Below, in pieces: positions 62,601 to 64,000 of a DNA stretch of 64,000 bases; positions within the stretch are counted from its first letter, which is position 1, and each line of letters starts with the position of its first letter. A program made the translations under genes and the position numbers. The DNA lies in contig JBDKEN010000001.1 of the NCBI GenBank assembly GCA_039795225.1, forward strand, positions 85,610-149,609. Reading direction: 5' to 3'. The notes beneath the pieces are model-generated. The model was not told the DNA's origin. It was given only the letters and a program-made list of their open reading frames with translations, and did no database searches. This DNA comes from Bacteroidota bacterium (GTDB taxonomy: Bacteria; Bacteroidota; Ignavibacteria; Kapaibacteriales; Kapaibacteriaceae).

Positions 62601-64000
62601 CGAGATAGGTTAGCGAGTCCGTCGGTCGGAATGTAATCGGAATCGTTGTTGAGTCATTGGGTGGTATCGTGCGGCTCGTACCGCCGAGAAGGGCAAACGA
62701 CTCACCTCGTTCAACGTACAGCGCAACAGTCAGCGGATCAATCTTGCTGTTATTCCGGGCTGTAACGTTGATCGTTCGCTGCTGGCCAACGAGAACGTCT
62801 CCGAAATCAACCAGACCATTGACCGACCATTCAACCTTGTTGTCGAGGCCTCGACCGGAAACGTAAATCTTCCGCTCGATCCGGCAGCCCTGGATCTGTG
62901 TCTTGATAATGATCGAATCCGAGACAAAACCAGGTTGACGCGGTAGGAACCGAACCGCATTGAAGTTGTATCCCTTCTTGGGCTCGAGACGGAATGGGAA
63001 CCGGATTCGATAGTGCGTAAAGTCCTTCGGGACGATGATCGTATCGACAATAAGATCCGAGAGCGTCAAATTCTGCCACGTGTAGTTCTGCGGATTACTC
63101 AGCTGCCCGGGACATGTTGGCTCGAACCGCATCGTATCGATACGACGCGAGCCCGAGGTGTTCCGAATGGAGATGACTTCCTGCGTGCGTCCGACAACAG
63201 CAACCGTGATTGGTGTCTTCTGACACTCATCATCCGTAATGATCTGTATCGTATCACGATAGTCGGCAGTTGTATCGCGCACAAATGATCGAATAACCAA
63301 TGTTGTGCACTGACCCGGCTGCAGGACAATAGGATATGTCACGCCGACTACGCGAAAACCCTGCGGCTCATTCGAAATCGTGTTCTTGATTGTTAGGGGG
63401 CGCGGACGACCCAGCACATCGGAGGTATTGCAAACAATAACCGTGGAATCAACAGTTGTCTTGTCAACGCAACCAACCCATAGGGTGTCGAAGACAATGG
63501 CTCGACGGTTAATACCCGTTTGTGTGATCCGATTCAGCTCCATACGTACCTGAATGTTCGGCAATCCACATCGGTTGGTTGGACGAATCTCCAGGGTATC
63601 GATAAAGGTCCCCACAAGTGTTCCACGATAGGTGACGGTGACAACTTGGGGTACACCTCCTGCGAGATTGACCGTTGTTGGACTGACCGTAAAGAGGCCG
63701 GCTTCAGGTCCACGCATCACAAGATTGGCTGTGCTGCCGCAGATTGCAGCATCGCTAATCGTGAACTGCCATGATTTTACCGAATCACAAAGAATGTCCT
63801 CCTTGATCGAGGATGGCGACACCGTAAGAGTCCGAGGCACGGTCCGATCTGAACGCTGATTCGATGCTCCGGATCGGAGCAATCCCGTGTGGCCATTACC
63901 AGTGGCATCGCAGAGTGTGGTGATATTGTTGACGCCTTCATTACACCGAAGATAGACGCGCAGCCCAGCTTCATTACCGTTGAGCGAGCGTTGCATCTGG
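59632..64000 (-). CDS. Giant secreted surface protein (>1455 aa, 5' end probably beyond the right edge): Ig-like (ASH / choice-of-anchor-D-like) repeats, cohesin-like modules, T9SS-like CTD
   Basis: The frame is open to the window edge (the codon before the first Met is in frame, with no stop). The first residues (..LRVYLRCNEGVNNITTLCDATGNGHTGLL) look like the end of a LamG-type domain. Many FG.V.VG...-type modules occur, e.g. VDFGDVLVGQQRTINVTARN and TAFGTVEVGDVKRMQMIIENTS. The C-terminal ..LSSGMYVLRINAGVFSSTVPFVIAK resembles a T9SS CTD. Confidence 0.85.
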   Translation of the reverse strand, partial: QMQRSLNGNEAGLRVYLRCNEGVNNITTLCDATGNGHTGLLRSGASNQRSDRTVPRTLTVSPSSIKEDILCDSVKSWQFTISDAAICGSTANLVMRGPEAGLFTVSPTTVNLAGGVPQVVTVTYRGTLVGTFIDTLEIRPTNRCGLPNIQVRMELNRITQTGINRRAIVFDTLWVGCVDKTTVDSTVIVCNTSDVLGRPRPLTIKNTISNEPQGFRVVGVTYPIVLQPGQCTTLVIRSFVRDTTADYRDTIQIITDDECQKTPITVAVVGRTQEVISIRNTSGSRRIDTMRFEPTCPGQLSNPQNYTWQNLTLSDLIVDTIIVPKDFTHYRIRFPFRLEPKKGYNFNAVRFLPRQPGFVSDSIIIKTQIQGCRIERKIYVSGRGLDNKVEWSVNGLVDFGDVLVGQQRTINVTARNNSKIDPLTVALYVERGESFALLGGTSRTIPPNDSTTIPITFRPTDSLTYLDRLCLFETRCYTTDCIDLKGRGRMEIFRFQPLVMETQNVISCQSREDSVSINNMTDTPRRIDELQFVDLSGGRMAIIDPPTSINGTSRTIPANGSITFKTRYTPIDPARDRADRAYIRFKDASRADWQVQLIGTSVAPKLFVSQNTAFGTVEVGDVKRMQMIIENTSSLPVRVDSLGIAQGFRILGTSRAVPLVLGPRDSIRVDVEFAPDAARGYSGTLTAYSSDPCVITGTGAMTGRGVIIKLESALSLVNFGYVRPCECIERSIELLNGSLRFDMTVENMWIDSAGVPGGKPQFFTWKSKFSPTGAVPYKVPPGERDTVTINFCPRTPADSALMECRAAMHIKASGSQWSNTLETFLVGKRSLTFRPKPTSVQFPPGVIDVLSPQILNVTLEIPDFRLNPNQDSVVVDSVTFMPDDRVFVIAAPTVWPQKIKPGGTLTVQLRQRPRAPKDYRTRLKFWISSPCVGWDTTVLVRGSGFAQIKGMQFVFNPKTTVLDTFSMISCDTLVVPIYSSKAIDASVVDIAMRLDFDTTQLRLLDVSSPILLNECTSVTGGVKYKPSINVTQAPSWGYTLVLKNFCKVDSGAMFATMRFVTKNNNRANSQLTIDSISFDTEDVILYKLIADGDKGRIRAVKSDILIQQPVDFDSVRILECADRTITVFNTGDVRNAVTELLDLPTWTTIVNAVPAIGDSIAPGDSAVVTLRFCPRKEEYVSSSPRVVSGYPCDVRDTTTAEGWGYAPEFDLALMPTSKFFVSTPFQGGIGDTIVVPVMMDKDISVTYNGVTHFLNGLNFDVNLTYDPQSLKFVDMVSAAKPANTTVTPALGTIGIGVKGADSLRSGPIAQLRFVLMAPEQANTTMSVTSSGYTSDSLQFLDIVSQPGSSPVEISGKCNITVVRFSNVGKPRVQIQPQPAVDEALVSFRMQETVPVVLDVVDSRGTVVRTVLDGSLTLAGGEYAVRFDTADLSSGMYVLRINAGVFSSTVPFVIAK

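Overview
Densely coded chromosomal window with about 50 protein genes, many with 1-11 nt start/stop overlaps. I recognised no rRNA, tRNA, CRISPR array, transposase or phage integrase. Housekeeping genes (typA, leuS, fmt, pyrC, miaE, a Xer recombinase, mgtE, feoAB, a TolC-HlyD-ABC-FtsX efflux set) are interleaved with very large secreted proteins. Their C-terminal tails look like type IX secretion (T9SS) sorting domains. Together with TAnnTTTG promoter-like boxes this suggests an FCB-group organism (Bacteroidota / Ignavibacteriota / Rhodothermota-like); that is inference from motifs, not a database result. Four things stand out. (1) A family of strictly in-phase tandem heptamer arrays (GTACTGG, GGTTTCA, GGTGTGG/GGTTTGG, GGTAATT/GGTCATT) sits at four co-directional intergenic sites, each starting at or within 16 nt of the upstream stop codon. 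One locus forms a long inverted repeat upstream of typA. (2) Two direct copies of one composite array element bracket a vapBC toxin-antitoxin cassette. It lies next to a Y-family DNA polymerase and a hicBA pair whose hicA looks frameshifted. (3) A two-gene module occurs twice: a giant T9SS-tailed cargo gene abutted or overlapped by a beta-barrel plus tandem-OmpA_C protein. One copy sits next to a divergent ECF sigma/anti-sigma pair; the other sits in a same-strand block with an aldehyde dehydrogenase, RidA, an orphan peptide-binding lipoprotein and an SDR. (4) A partial tail-fibre-like repeat protein at the left edge is missing from the ORF track. All functional calls rest on motifs read by eye and recalled family knowledge; no searches were run.
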